Shown here: in pieces, positions 1-11,229 of the stretch
Numbering within the stretch: position 1 is the first letter of the stretch
Layout: each line of letters begins with the position of its first letter
DNA from: Hemiscyllium ocellatum
Taxonomy: Eukaryota
DNA length: 64,000 nt
NCBI RefSeq assembly: GCF_020745735.1
Contig: NC_083416.1
Coordinates: 28,610,543 to 28,674,542 of the forward strand
Reading direction: 5' to 3'
Notes under the pieces: generated by a model
The model's database searches: none
Seen by the model: only the letters and a program-made list of their open reading frames with translations
What the model was told of the DNA's origin: nothing
Program-made: the position numbers and the translations under genes

Positions 1-59
1 GGTAGGACTGATAAATTGAACTTCATTTATTTCAACACAAGAGGCCTAACAGATAGATA

Positions 60-1945
60 AATTTAGATAGATAACAGGTAGATAAACTCAGGCAATTACA
101 GAAACATGGCTCAGGGATGGACAGGACTGGCAACTTAATGCTCCAAGTTACAAATGCTATTGGGAGGGTAGAAAGGAGGGCAAGAGAGGAGGGGGAGTGG
201 CATTTTTTATAAAGGATTGCATTACTGCTGTACTTAAGTATGATATTCCTGGAAATGCATCCAGGGAAATTATTTTGTGTGGAACTGAGAATTAAGAAGG
301 GGATTATCATTTTATTGGAATTGTATTATACGTCCCTGAATTGATGCAGGATATTAAGAAAGAAATTGGTAAGGAGATTTCATTTATCTGTAAGAATAAT
401 AGAGTGGTTATGGTAGGGGATTTTAATTTTCCAAACATTGATGGGACTGCCATAGTGTTAAGCATTTAGACGGAGGGGAATTTGTTAAGTGTGTACAAGA
501 AAATTTTCTGATTCAGTGTGTGGATGTACCTACTAGAGAAGGTACAAAACCTGACCTACTCTTGGGAAATAAGGCAGGGCTGGTGATTGAGGTGTCAGTG
601 GGGGAGCACTTTGGGGCCAGCAACATAATTTTATTAGTTTTAAAATAGTGATGGAAAAGGATAGACTAGTTCTAAATTAGAGAAAGGCCAATTTTGATGG
701 TACTAGGCAAGAACTTTCAAAAGCTGATTGGAGCAGATGTTTGTAGGTAAAGGGACAGCTGGAAAATGGGAAGCCTTCAGAAATGAGATAACAATAGTCC
801 AGAGATAGTATATTCATATTATGGTGACATAAAAGGGCTGGTACGTGTCAGGAATGCTGGATGACTAGAGAAAGTGAGGGTTTGGTTAAGAAAACGAAGG
901 AAGCCTATGTCAGGAATGGACTGGAGAGATCAAGTCAATCCTTAGAAGAGTATAAAGGCAGTAGGAGTATAGTTAAGAGAGAAATCAGGAGGGCAAAAGG
1001 GGGACATGAGATAGCTTTGACAAATAGAGTTAAGGAGAATCCAAAGGGTTTTTACAAATACATTAAGGACAAAAGAGTAACTAGGGACAGAATAGGGCCC
1101 CTCAAAGACCAGCAAGGCAGCCTTTTTGAGGAGCCACAGGAGATGGGGCAGTTATTAAATGAGTATTTTGCATCAGTATTTACTGTGGAAAAGGATATGG
1201 AAGATATAGAATGTAGGGAAATAGATGGTGACATCTTGAAAAATGTCCATATTACAGAGAAGGAAGTACTGGATGTCATGAAATGTACAGAAGTGGATAA
1301 ATCCCCAGGACGTGATCAGGTGTACCCCAGAGCTCCATGGGAAGCTAGGGAAGTGATTGCTGAGCCCCTTGCTGAGATATTTGTATCATTGATTGTCACA
1401 GGTGAGGTGCTGGAAGACTGGAGATTGGTTAACACTATGCCACTATTTAAGAAATGTGTTAAGGACAGGCCAGGGAACCATACACTGGTGAGCCTGACAT
1501 CGGTGATGGGCAAGTTGTTGGAGGGAATCTTGAGGAACAGGATTTACTTGTATTTGGAAAGGCAAAGACTGATTCGGGATAGTCAGCATGGCTTTGTGCG
1601 TAGGAAATCATATCTCACGAACTTGATTGAATTTTTTGAAGCAGAGGATTGCTGAGGGCAGAGCAGTAGATGTGATCTATATGGACTTCAGTAAGGCATT
1701 TGACAAGGTTCCTCATGGGAGACTGACTACCAAGGATAGATTTCATGGAATACAAAGAGAACTAGCCATTTGGATAAAGAATTGGCTCAAAGGTAGAAGA
1801 TAGAGCGTGATAGTAATGGATTTTCAGACTAGAAGCCTGTGAACAGTGGGATGCCAGAAGGATCAGTGCTGAGTCCATTACTTTTCATCATTTATATAAA
1901 TTATTTGGATGTGAACATAGGAGGTATAGTTAGTAAGTTTGCAGA
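60..1945 (+). mobile_element. CR1-clade LINE ORF2 remnant (AP endonuclease + RT N-terminal half), truncated at the KFA(DD) motif
   Basis: Decayed AITETWL...GGGVA endonuclease motifs near 90-200. ORF 861-1655 has NPKGFYKYIK, KSPGRDQVYPR, SLTSVMGKLLE and QHGF..SYLTNL. YMDFSKAFDKVPH follows at ~1680 and G.P.GSVL.P at ~1850. Stops and frameshifts are present. Confidence 0.95.
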
Positions 1946-2088
1946 AGGAAACTCAAACACATTAACAGAAAGTGGGCTACACCACCAGTGCTTCATCCAG
2001 AGGCTCACTGCAGATGTTACCTAGTATGGTGATAAAACATCTGAAAGTGAACCTTCCAGCTCAATGAGCAAACCTACATCCAGAACAT
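1946..2088 (+). mobile_element. Penelope-like terminal repeat fragment (family D) with degenerate hammerhead-like motif
   Basis: 2006-2043 reads ca-CTGCAGA-T-GTTACC-tagtat-GGTGAT-AAAA-CATC-tg. This is the same architecture as the other pLTR hammerhead motifs, with core mutations. Confidence 0.55.
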
Positions 2089-2171
2089 AGATGGATCTCA
2101 GGTCTGAACATTGATACCTGACAGATTACATTTTGGTATATCAGTGTGACCAAAAGATATCCTGAATAATC

Positions 2172-2843
2172 GAAAGTTAAAAATCACACAACACCAGGTT
2201 ATAGTCCAACAGGCTTAATTGGAAACACACTAGCTTTCAGAGTGACGCTCCTTCATCAGGTGATAGTGGAGGGCTCTATCGTAACACAGAATTTATAGCA
2301 AAAATTTGCAGTGTGATGTAACTGAAATTATACATTGAAAAATTGATTGTCTGTTAAGCCTTTCATCTGTTAGAATACAGTGATAGTTTCACTTCTTTCA
2401 TGTGTAAATCACAAAAGCCTTTTTTAAAATGTTGCATTCTTGGGTTAGCTGTTAACAATGGTGATAGCTAGACAATATGTTGAAGGTGTTGGCTCCCTGT
2501 GTTCTCTGTCTATGAAGGCTAACACCATTGTTAACAGCTAACCCGAGAATGCAACTTTAAAAAAAGGGTTTTGTGATTTACACATGAAAGAAGTGAAACT
2601 ACCACTGTATTCTAACAGAAGAAAGGCTTAACAGACAATCAATTTTTCAATGTATAATTTCAGTTACATCACACTGTAAATTTTTGCTATAAATTCTGTG
2701 TTACGATAGAGCCCTCCACTATCACCTGGTGAAGGAGCGTCGCTCCGAAAGCTAAAGTGCTTCCAATTAAACCTGTTGGACTATAACCTGGTGTTGTGTG
2801 CTTTTTAACTTTGTACACCCCAGTCCAACACCAGCATCTCCAA
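2172..2843. mobile_element. PLE foldback mini-element (family B): ~295-bp inverted arms, 13-bp TSD
   Basis: Arms 2173-2468 and 2518-2812 are near-perfect reverse complements. ATCCTGAATAATC is duplicated at 2159-2171 and 2844-2856. Confidence 0.9.
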
Positions 2844-2958
2844 ATCCTGAATAATCCAGTCATGCTGACTGTAATATCCTTCACAAAACTCAATGGCTGG
2901 TTCACTCAATGTTGAACTTCCACTTCAAACTTTAGCCCAAGAACAGACCTAGAAACAA

Positions 2959-3213
2959 ACAAAAGAAATTGCTGTAGAAACTCTGCAGGTCTGGCAGAAT
3001 TTATGACAAGAAAGCATAGTTAACGGTTCAAGTCCAGTGACTTTTCATCAGAACTGTTAATAGCTCGGCAAAATTGGTATTTATGTTGAAGCTGAAGGGG
3101 AGAGGGGAGGGGTGTGCTTTCTTCCCACAGATGCTCTCAGACCTGCTGAGTTTCTCCAGTAATTTCAGTTTTTATTTCAAATGTCCAGTATCCACAGTTT
3201 GTTGTTTTATTTT
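2959..3213. mobile_element. PLE foldback mini-element (family C) with degenerate 14-bp TSD
   Basis: A minus-strand pLTR with hammerhead-like motif at 3018-3055 is followed by a plus-strand pLTR 3' part. Flanks are agacctagaaacaa (2945-2958) and agacccagagacaa (3214-3227). Confidence 0.75.
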
Positions 3214-6200
3214 AGACCCAGAGACAATCCATGTAAGAAATATTAAGTTATCAACCTGTGAACCTCATCTTGCAGATATAGATATCAAACAACTTTCCAG
3301 ACTCTGAATTAGCTGCCCTTGGAACATATCAAAGCTGCAGTGCTGGATACTTTCAATGAAGTCATTGGACACAAAATCAAAAAGAAGAATTGGCTTGATG
3401 AAAATGACAACAAAATGCAAGATCAGCGAACAACTAAAATGCGAGCTCATCAGATTTTTCTGGGATAGTTGACTAACCAAGAGAAAAAGCTATCTTCCCA
3501 TGAAATATGTAACACCCTTCAAGGTAAACTGAGGAAAATACAAAATGACTGATGCATCACACTTGCAGAAAAAACACAACGTTATGCTGATATAAGTGAG
3601 ATAAGAAGCACTAAAACTTGATTGTAGACCAACATATTCAATGCAAAACCCTCTGAGGTGTGCCTCTGGTTGTAAGACTCTACACAGAGAGAGAGAGTCA
3701 GTCCTTGACCACTAATCTGAAAACTTTAAAATACTCTTTGCACCAAGTGCACAATGCATGGTGTTACCATCAACTGTATCAAACAACAGTCTGTCAAAAA
3801 TGAGAGCCAAATTCCAAAGGAAACTGTGACCACCATCAATCAGATAAAGAACATCAAAGTCCCCAGACTCAATGGAATTCTCTGTGAAGTATTGAAGCAT
3901 GGTAGCCTTGCCCCACCCACCAAGCTTCATTTGTTTTTCATGACCAGCAAGAAGCAGCAAGACCATAGGATCTTTATGAAGCTGTACTAAAACAAAGCAT
4001 TGCTTTAGGGGAATCGAACTAAATGCTGTCAAAACATTTACCTATTTACAGAGTGACAATTTGTTTAATGGCACCGTGGACATGAAAATGGAAAATGGAC
4101 TTTCTAAAACAAACAGAGCATTTGACAGACAAATGAATGTAGAGCAGCTGCAACCTTAGTGTGCTGACAAACTAACTGTGTCAAAAGAATCAGACATTAT
4201 CATCCTTTGGCGTGGTGTTGAGTTACAGTCTTATTCTGCCATCATGTATGCCTTCTAGAGTGTCTCCATCAGTGCTGCTTCTGAGGCATCCACAAGATCT
4301 GCTAGCAGGACTGCATCACAAAATGTGAAGCCCTGGAATCAGCCAATATCACCAGCTTCGAGGGCTAATCACATGCAAAGCCAACTATATCAGGTGAACC
4401 ACATTGCCCAGATAGGTAACGTTGCCTGCTGAAGATCGTGCTATATGGAGAGCTGACCATAAGTATAAGAACAGAGGGTCTCCATAGAAATGTTTAAAGA
4501 ACTCACTCAGGTAGTCCCTGTCTGTCTGCCACATTAACCATTGTCAGTGAGAAACGCAGGTGATAGCCAAAAGGTGCTATTTCTGTTTTGGCACATTTAA
4601 ACTAATTTAAAAAGCAATTAGGCATAAAATTGCAAGCTAAGTGTGAACTTTTAAATAGACACAGCAACCACTCCATGCATATTTTCATCCTTTCCTCAAA
4701 ATATTCCCCAAGGTTCTTGAACAATTAGTAATGCATTACATTTGTCTCTCACTGGTTTTGTACACAGTTAGTTTGTCTGCGCTCAAAGGTTGTACTTCAA
4801 ACATGATTCAAAACTAAGTCTGAAACAAGAAGCATCTTGCTAGACCATGATCTGGAGAAGACCTAAGACTGGCAGTGCAGGGCAGACACAGTGAGGCAAC
4901 AACCTCAGTAGAAATCAAAATGGAAGTAGTTGATTTGACAATCCCTTTAAATACATAATGTTGTTTGGGGTCCTCTGTGCTGCTGAGTGCATTATCTGCA
5001 GTGCAGGGTTGACAGCATTCGCTGGAGAAGGAGTGAACATGTGCACTTAGAATTTCCAAGAGATAACACTGCTGAAAAGCTGGTAAATAGATAGGTCACA
5101 TGTGTATTTAAAGCAATTTTCTGCATTGCAAGCCATCAGTCAAAACATTTATAAGTTGGCTTCTTCAACTCCAGGCTCTTCTATTAAAAGAACATATATT
5201 TTATTGTTTCGATAAAAGCATTTAAATGGTACAGTTTGAGCTGTAAGTAACTGGTTGTGGGACTTTTTATTGGTTCTTGCTTGATGGAAGGGTTATGGTG
5301 ATTAAGTTGGACATAATATCCAGTTAAGATAAAATACTTTGTCCCTCATGTGGGCTGAGTTAATCATTTTTGGCAGCATTTGTTGGGTTACACTGTCATA
5401 TGGTCATAATGGTGGAATGGTAGACACCTGGGAGGTGAAAATGAAAGGCCAAAGATTTGGTGGGAGGAATGGCAGGAGAAATACATGCTAAATGATGCAA
5501 TTTTAAAAGAGATCTACAAACTGCAAACCCTGGAGGGTACTTGGAAGACAAATTCTTAAAGGTAGCAGGACAGATTAGAACAAATGGAACCCTAGACCCT
5601 AAAAATATTCAATGATGTGAGTTTGCTTCCTGCAGGATATTTTACCTGATGCAGTGATATTTATGCTATCTCCCATAACATGAATGGGGTCTGGATTACA
5701 TGCTGTAAAGAATCCAATACGTGTGAATTATAGCCAATTTTCATATACAAGCATTTTATTTGTCAGGCAAATAAGTGTTTGGGCTAATGTTAAGCTCTGA
5801 GGTTGCAAACAGTAGCATGCTTCTTGACATGTGATCCTGGAAGAAGATGGAAAATGAAATTGCTGCATCCTCAGGTCACATGCTATGATACAGTGATAAT
5901 ATCATTAGCATGTCTCTGATATGAATATGAGATACTGACTGTGAAATATCACACTACATCATATTTTTTCCAAAGGAAAAGGCATTATCCCAAATAAATG
6001 TAAATGGTTGTATGGAGGCATGTATTGTCAATCTGATTATTCCCACCAAGTAAAACAATTACAAAATTCAAAGCAAAATTTAGGCTGGAGGGCTTTTCCT
6101 GATCTATTGATCATATAGTCTCCTAGCGAGGAGCTCATTCACTGATGCATTTTTTGACAACTTATTACTGGCTGCTGTCATTAAATGCCACTGCACAATC

Positions 6201-7039
6201 ACCATTGTTCCTACTCACTCTCTTTGTGAATGACTGATGTATTGTGCATTGGTGTAAGGTGGCTTCTGTTACATCACAATTTAGCACCATGATCAGTAAT
6301 AACTTTGCGCAAACTACTGGTCACATATTTTAGAAACCTTTGCTGGCATCCAAGTATTTGTCGTTGTATTTGTATTGCTAGCTCATACTCTCTGTCAAGA
6401 GCATAGTCTTGGTTATTTGCTGCCCGTTTGCTTTTTAACCATCTCTTTCATTCTCCTCTGCCCTTTAAGAATAATGTTCTGTGTCTCAGAATGCTAAGAA
6501 AATTGGTTGCTGGGCAAAGTCGTTCACAATTGACTTCCAACCCATAAGTTGTGCTGGGGATGGTAATCCCTTCCCATTGCTGTTGCACAAAAATGCAACA
6601 ATGCAACACAAAAATCTTGTTTTCTTGCTTGATATTTAATGATCATATATTTGATAGCTTATAGTTTGAGGATGGATACTGGGGTGAGGACATGATATGA
6701 GTCATGCCCCACTTAGTACATGTCTTGAAACAATTTGCTGGTGTATTATGGTCCATTATCAGACACTCGGACCCTGGACACAAAATAAGTTAGAAACAGC
6801 TTTCATCACATCAATGAAAGTCATGTTCGTGTGTTGCTAATTTGTTGTGGAAATAGAAATTGAGAAAATTAATCTGTCACAAGGTTGCAATTTAAACTAC
6901 ATACTGTGAATAGGTTTGTTGCTACTTCTATCCAAAGAGTAAATGGAACATCATGTGAAAGTTTTCTCCACTACTGGGGTTGATACTTTTGACATGCTTC
7001 ACATTCATTCTGTCTCTGGTGTTACATGGAAATGATATA

Positions 7040-7320
7040 ATGCATTGGGATTGAGACTAGGGGACTAAAGGTTCAACATTAAGGAAGTTATTAGTATTGC
7101 ATCCCAGCTGGAGTATTGTGATCAATTCTTGACACCATAATTTAGAAATGATATTAAAAGCCTGGAGAGTATGCAGATGAGATTTATTGGAATAAAAGTT
7201 GGTATTCAGTTATGTGGAGAGAAAATAACTAGAGAAATTGAGAATGCTGTTCTTGTAATGGAGTAGAAATTTAATAAAGGAATACAAAATTGTAAATAGT
7301 TTTAATAGAATGTGGTGAAG
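7040..7320 (+). mobile_element. Old CR1 RT C-terminal remnant
   Basis: Decayed PQLEYCDQF..P..RNDIKSLESMQMRF motif. Confidence 0.6.
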
Positions 7321-7382
7321 GTTCATGATAAATCATTATTATGTGTCAACTTGATTTTTAAATAGACAGAATAATTTATAGG

Positions 7383-7510
7383 CAAAAATGAGGACTGCAG
7401 ATGCTGGAAACCAGAGTTTAGATCAGAGTGGTGCTGGAAAAGCAGAGCAGGTCAGGCAGCATCTGAGGAGCAGGAAAATCGACATTTTGGGCAAAAGCCC
7501 TTCATTAGGA
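7383..7510 (-). mobile_element. Solo PLE pLTR (family A)
   Basis: Matches the terminal repeat of the PLE at 43127-43256 and contains a decayed hammerhead-like core. Confidence 0.85.
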
Positions 7511-7771
7511 TTAGCGCTTGATTTGTGTTGCTATATTGAGTGGATTAGACAAGGAATACATAGTTTTAGTTTCATTTTTGAGTTCTTTGAGGGTTATCTG
7601 TGAACTTGTTTACATCCATTTCAAATAAATGCATTTTGGTGAAAAGTTCAGTGCTTCAGAAAACAAAGGTGGATGAGGGAAAAAGATGAATTGTTAGCGA
7701 GAGAGAAAAAAAGTAGACAAGGTGATAGAGACAGAAACGTTTTTTTTTCAAAACAACTATCCAGCAAGTTA

Positions 7772-8958
7772 GACCATAAGACCGTAGGACATTGGAGCAG
7801 AAATTAGGCCATTCAGTCCATTGAGTCTGCTCCACTATTCCATCATGGCCGACGAGTTTCTCAACCCCATTCTCCCGCTTTCTCCCCGTAACCTTTGAAG
7901 CCCTTTACAAACAAGTAACTATCTATCTCCATCTTACATACACTCAATAACCTGGCCTCCACAGCATTCTGAGACAGTGAATTCCGTAGATTCACCACTC
8001 TCTGGCTGAAAGCCTTTCTCCTTTTCTCCGTTCAAAAATGTCTTCCCTTTACTTCAAGGCTATGCCCTCAGGTCCTAGTCTCTCCCACCAATGTAAACAT
8101 CTTTCCAACATCCACTCTGTCAAGGCCATTCAGTATTCTGGAAGTTTCAATTCGATCACCTCTCCTTCTTCTAAACTCCATTCGAATATAGACCCAGAGT
8201 CCTCAAAGGTTCTGCAACTTGCAAGTTTACCTTGAGAGTATCCTAGGCTAGAATTCCCAAGTCCCTTTGCTCTTCAAACTTCTGAATTTTTGCCCCATTT
8301 AGAAAATAGTCCATGGCTCTATTCTTCCTATCAAGGTGTGCGACCTCACACTTCCCAATGTTGCATTTCACCTGCCACTTCTTTGCCAATTCTACTAACC
8401 TGTCCAAATCCATCTGCAGCCTTCCCGCCTCCTCAATGGTACCTGTCCTTCTGCCTACCTTTGTAGCATCTGCAAACTTAGCCAGAGTGCCCTCAGTTCC
8501 TTCATCTGGATCATTAACATATAAAGTGAAAAGTTGTGGTCCCAAAACCGAGCCTTGCAGAGCACCACTTATCACTGGCTGCCACCCTGAGAAGGACCAT
8601 TTTATCCCCACTCTCTGCTTTCTGCCAGACAGCCAAGCTTCTATCCATGCTAGCACCTTACCTATAACACCATGGATCTTTACCTTAATCAGTAGCCTTC
8701 TGTCTGGCACCACGTAGATAACATCCATTAACTCTCCTTGGTCTAATCAGTTTGTTACTTCCTCAAAGAATTCTAGCAGATTTGTCAGGCATGAGCTACT
8801 CTTGATGAAACCATGCTGACTCTACCCTATTTTATCATATGCTTCCAAGTATTAAGAAATCTCATTCTTCATGATAGATTCCAGGATCTTACCCATGACC
8901 AAGGTTAGGCTAATTGGTCTGTAATTTTCCTTCTTCTGCCTTACTCCCTTTTGAAACA
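7772..8958 (-). mobile_element. CR1 LINE 3' fragment with internal deletion
   Basis: ORF 8243-8728 has SGALQGSVLGPQLFTLYVND and KFADATK. The CR1 3' UTR and (tcttatgg)-type tail lie at the left end. Same subfamily as 47368-48855. Confidence 0.95.
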
Positions 8959-9634
8959 TGTTAGTGAGTGTGAAGATTTAGTTTAGAGATGAAAGCAGGT
9001 CATTTAGAGAAAAAAATGTGTAAGTAGCAGTGCAGTTTAGCAGTTTCTAAAACAGTCAGGACAGAAATAAAGAAGGGTCTTAAGTGACTTAGAACTTAGT
9101 AAGAGAAATTCTCCAGGAGCAGAAGGCTTGAAGGTGTCAGAGAGGAAGTTACATTTCAAGGCTGTTGAATATATAAGTTTAAGGAACACCTATTAAGGAG
9201 TAGATGATCTGCATTGCTAACTTGTTTCAGTGTTTCATGAAGAGATGTTAACTAAGGAAGACAATACGAAATGTGTACAGAAGGTTCCAAAAAGAAACCA
9301 CATATAGCCATGTTGATTTATCACTGAACTTAAGGAAACGGGATGACTTTTCACAAAGGTCTGGCTATCATTAAGGTTGTTGTTGAAGGTAAAGGAGCTA
9401 AATTTTTATTTCTGATATTTCAATCAAGATTATTTTAAAAGTTCTTATATGATCTGAAATAGGTTAATTTTTGCTTTAATGTGTAATAAACTTTGATGTT
9501 CCTTTGGTAAAAGTATGTTGACAGGCTCTAGTGAATATGTTTGGTGACTTACCACCACGGTGTCAAGCAAGGTTTCACTCTGGAATCTAACTAGTCCAGT
9601 AGTAGCAACATATAGGGTCATAGCAAGAGCAAAT

Positions 9635-9925
9635 GACAAGGACCTCTTTCTGGTGGGAGAGGGAGCAGTAATTAGAGTAAAGATTTAAAATACTTGATAA
9701 AGGATTCAAAGTTAAAAGTTGGAAAGAAAATTACACAGTCAGTTGCCTGGAAGTGTAGTGAAAGCAGATCTAATCATGTTAACCTCAATTGATCAAATAC
9801 TTAAAGGGAAATTGTACAAGACTCTTGAAGAGAGTGGAGTGGGACAAATTCAGCAGCTGTTCCAAAGCCTTGACAGAGATAAAGTGGGTCCAAAGCCCCC
9901 TTTGTGCTATAACACTATTATAGTA
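9635..9925 (+). mobile_element. Old CR1 3' end remnant
   Basis: Decayed ORF2 C-terminus and 3' UTR resembling other CR1 tails in the window. Confidence 0.5.
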
Positions 9926-10091
9926 TAGTTTACATGACCATCCAGAATCATAGTAACTATATGTGTAAAGTGTGAACAGCTGGTGTACTAAGCCTGAAGG
10001 AGATCCACATTTATATTTGTGCCACTTGGTCTCCTAATTAGAAAACTTGATTTCTTCTCCTGTTTTTATTCTTACTGCTGGTTGTTTTCAG

Positions 10092-10153
10092 GCCTGTTGT
10101 CAGGAGCTGCTGTTTTATGCAAGAATATGTAATTGCACAGCTGAACCAGCAAG
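10092..10153 (+). other. Candidate 62-bp host exon
   Basis: A long polypyrimidine tract ends ttgttttcAG (10090-10091) and is followed by a consensus donor AAG|GTAAGT. The sequence looks non-repetitive and two frames are open (e.g. PVVRSCCFMQEYVIAQLNQQ). Confidence 0.35.
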
Positions 10154-10654
10154 GTAAGTGTGCTATTTTCCCCAGAAACACTTGCAGCGTTACTGAGCCT
10201 GCAGATAAGCGACACAATCATCTTCAAGGATGAATCTATAAGAGTGATCGGGCTTGTCAAGGAAAGAGAGTCTGGAGGAGACATTTCAGTGTTCCAGTTG
10301 CATTTGTGAAAGAAAATATGAAAAAGAAATGCAGTGGGATTTTGCATAGATTTAAAAGGTGATCTCATTTCACAGAAGGAAAAGCGTTTTTTGAAACTGA
10401 AGCATTTTTCAATTACATGGAATTGTACATTAAAACATTTCTGCTTCTGATTTATCAAAACGACCACGACTTTTATGAACCAGACAAAGAAAACCATTAA
10501 TAACAAATGGAAATTATTGACAGAGATCTGGAAACATATGCAGTTAAAATATGTCAGGTGAAAAGTTCTATTAAAAGATGACAGAAGTTCATTATAACAA
10601 TTTTAAAGTCTCTAGACAAATAAACAGATTTGTTCAATGAATACAATAGACTGA

Positions 10655-10878
10655 GGGGGTTAGTTAGCTGGACAGCAGGTTTGTGATGCAAAGTGACACC
10701 ACCAATATGGGTTCAATACCCACACCAGCTGAGGTTCCCATGCAGGATTCAATTTCTCAACCTTTCCCGTTGTCTGGGGCCATGTGGATCCATAACAGGC
10801 TCAGCTAGCTTCAGTCATCTCTCTCTAATGAGCCAGCAGTTCTGTGGTCTGTTTAGACTATGGTGATTTTACCTTTAC
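10655..10878 (+). mobile_element. tRNA-derived SINE
   Basis: tRNA-like head with B-box ggttcaatac (~10710) and tail ...ctatggtgattttaccttta. Homologous to 16429-16657 and 51207-51391. Confidence 0.7.
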
Positions 10879-11229
10879 AATGGAATAAAAATTCAAGTGC
10901 TTTATCACATGTTGCAAAGCTAAAAGCTTGTGGTTGCGATTATAAACATTCGTTGATGTACAACAAATGCGTCAAGCACTTCAAAACTGGCATTAATCTG
11001 AACCATATTTCATTAACTATACATACTTGACTGGTAAAGGATAAAGTACAATTATGCATGTGAGTCTGAATCCTGTGCTTTCCATTGAAAATTGGAGACA
11101 ATTCACAAGAGAGTGATGAAGGTGATTGTGTGATTTGTGGTTTACGTTTAGAAAAAAAGCTCAGAGAGGAGCTTAGGTTTGGAATTCACACAGAAGATAC
11201 CAAGCTCTTTCAAAAAAAGTCAAATAAAA

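Larger units (their letters stand above)
2089..4555 (+). mobile_element. Degenerate RTE-clade LINE interrupted by two PLE mini-insertions
   Basis: Motifs MDLRSEH*YLTDYILV (endonuclease C-terminus, ~2090-2140), KNWLDEND (~3385), LAEKTQRYAD (~3562), KVPRLNGILCEVLKHG (ORF 3754-3990) and LKIVLYGEL (~4430) all match RTE ORF motifs. Confidence 0.8.

Noticed and set aside
2172-2843. Interpretation of the long palindrome as a DNA-transposon MITE or miRNA gene
   Set aside because: The arms are asymmetric, junctions differ among the three copies, solo arms exist, and the layout parallels family A, which is tied to a PLE ORF.
4814-5059. 81-aa minus-strand ORF in non-repetitive sequence with a possible upstream acceptor
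   Set aside because: No recognisable domain, a non-ATG start, and a length expected by chance.
8313-8717. Antisense ORFs over CR1 RT (also 47730-48092 and 53046-53330)
   Set aside because: These are shadow frames of the RT coding strand, recurring only because the repeats are homologous.
10072-10506. 144-aa minus-strand ORF
   Set aside because: Composition is typical of a random AT-rich frame (F/L/S-rich), with no domain and no ATG start.
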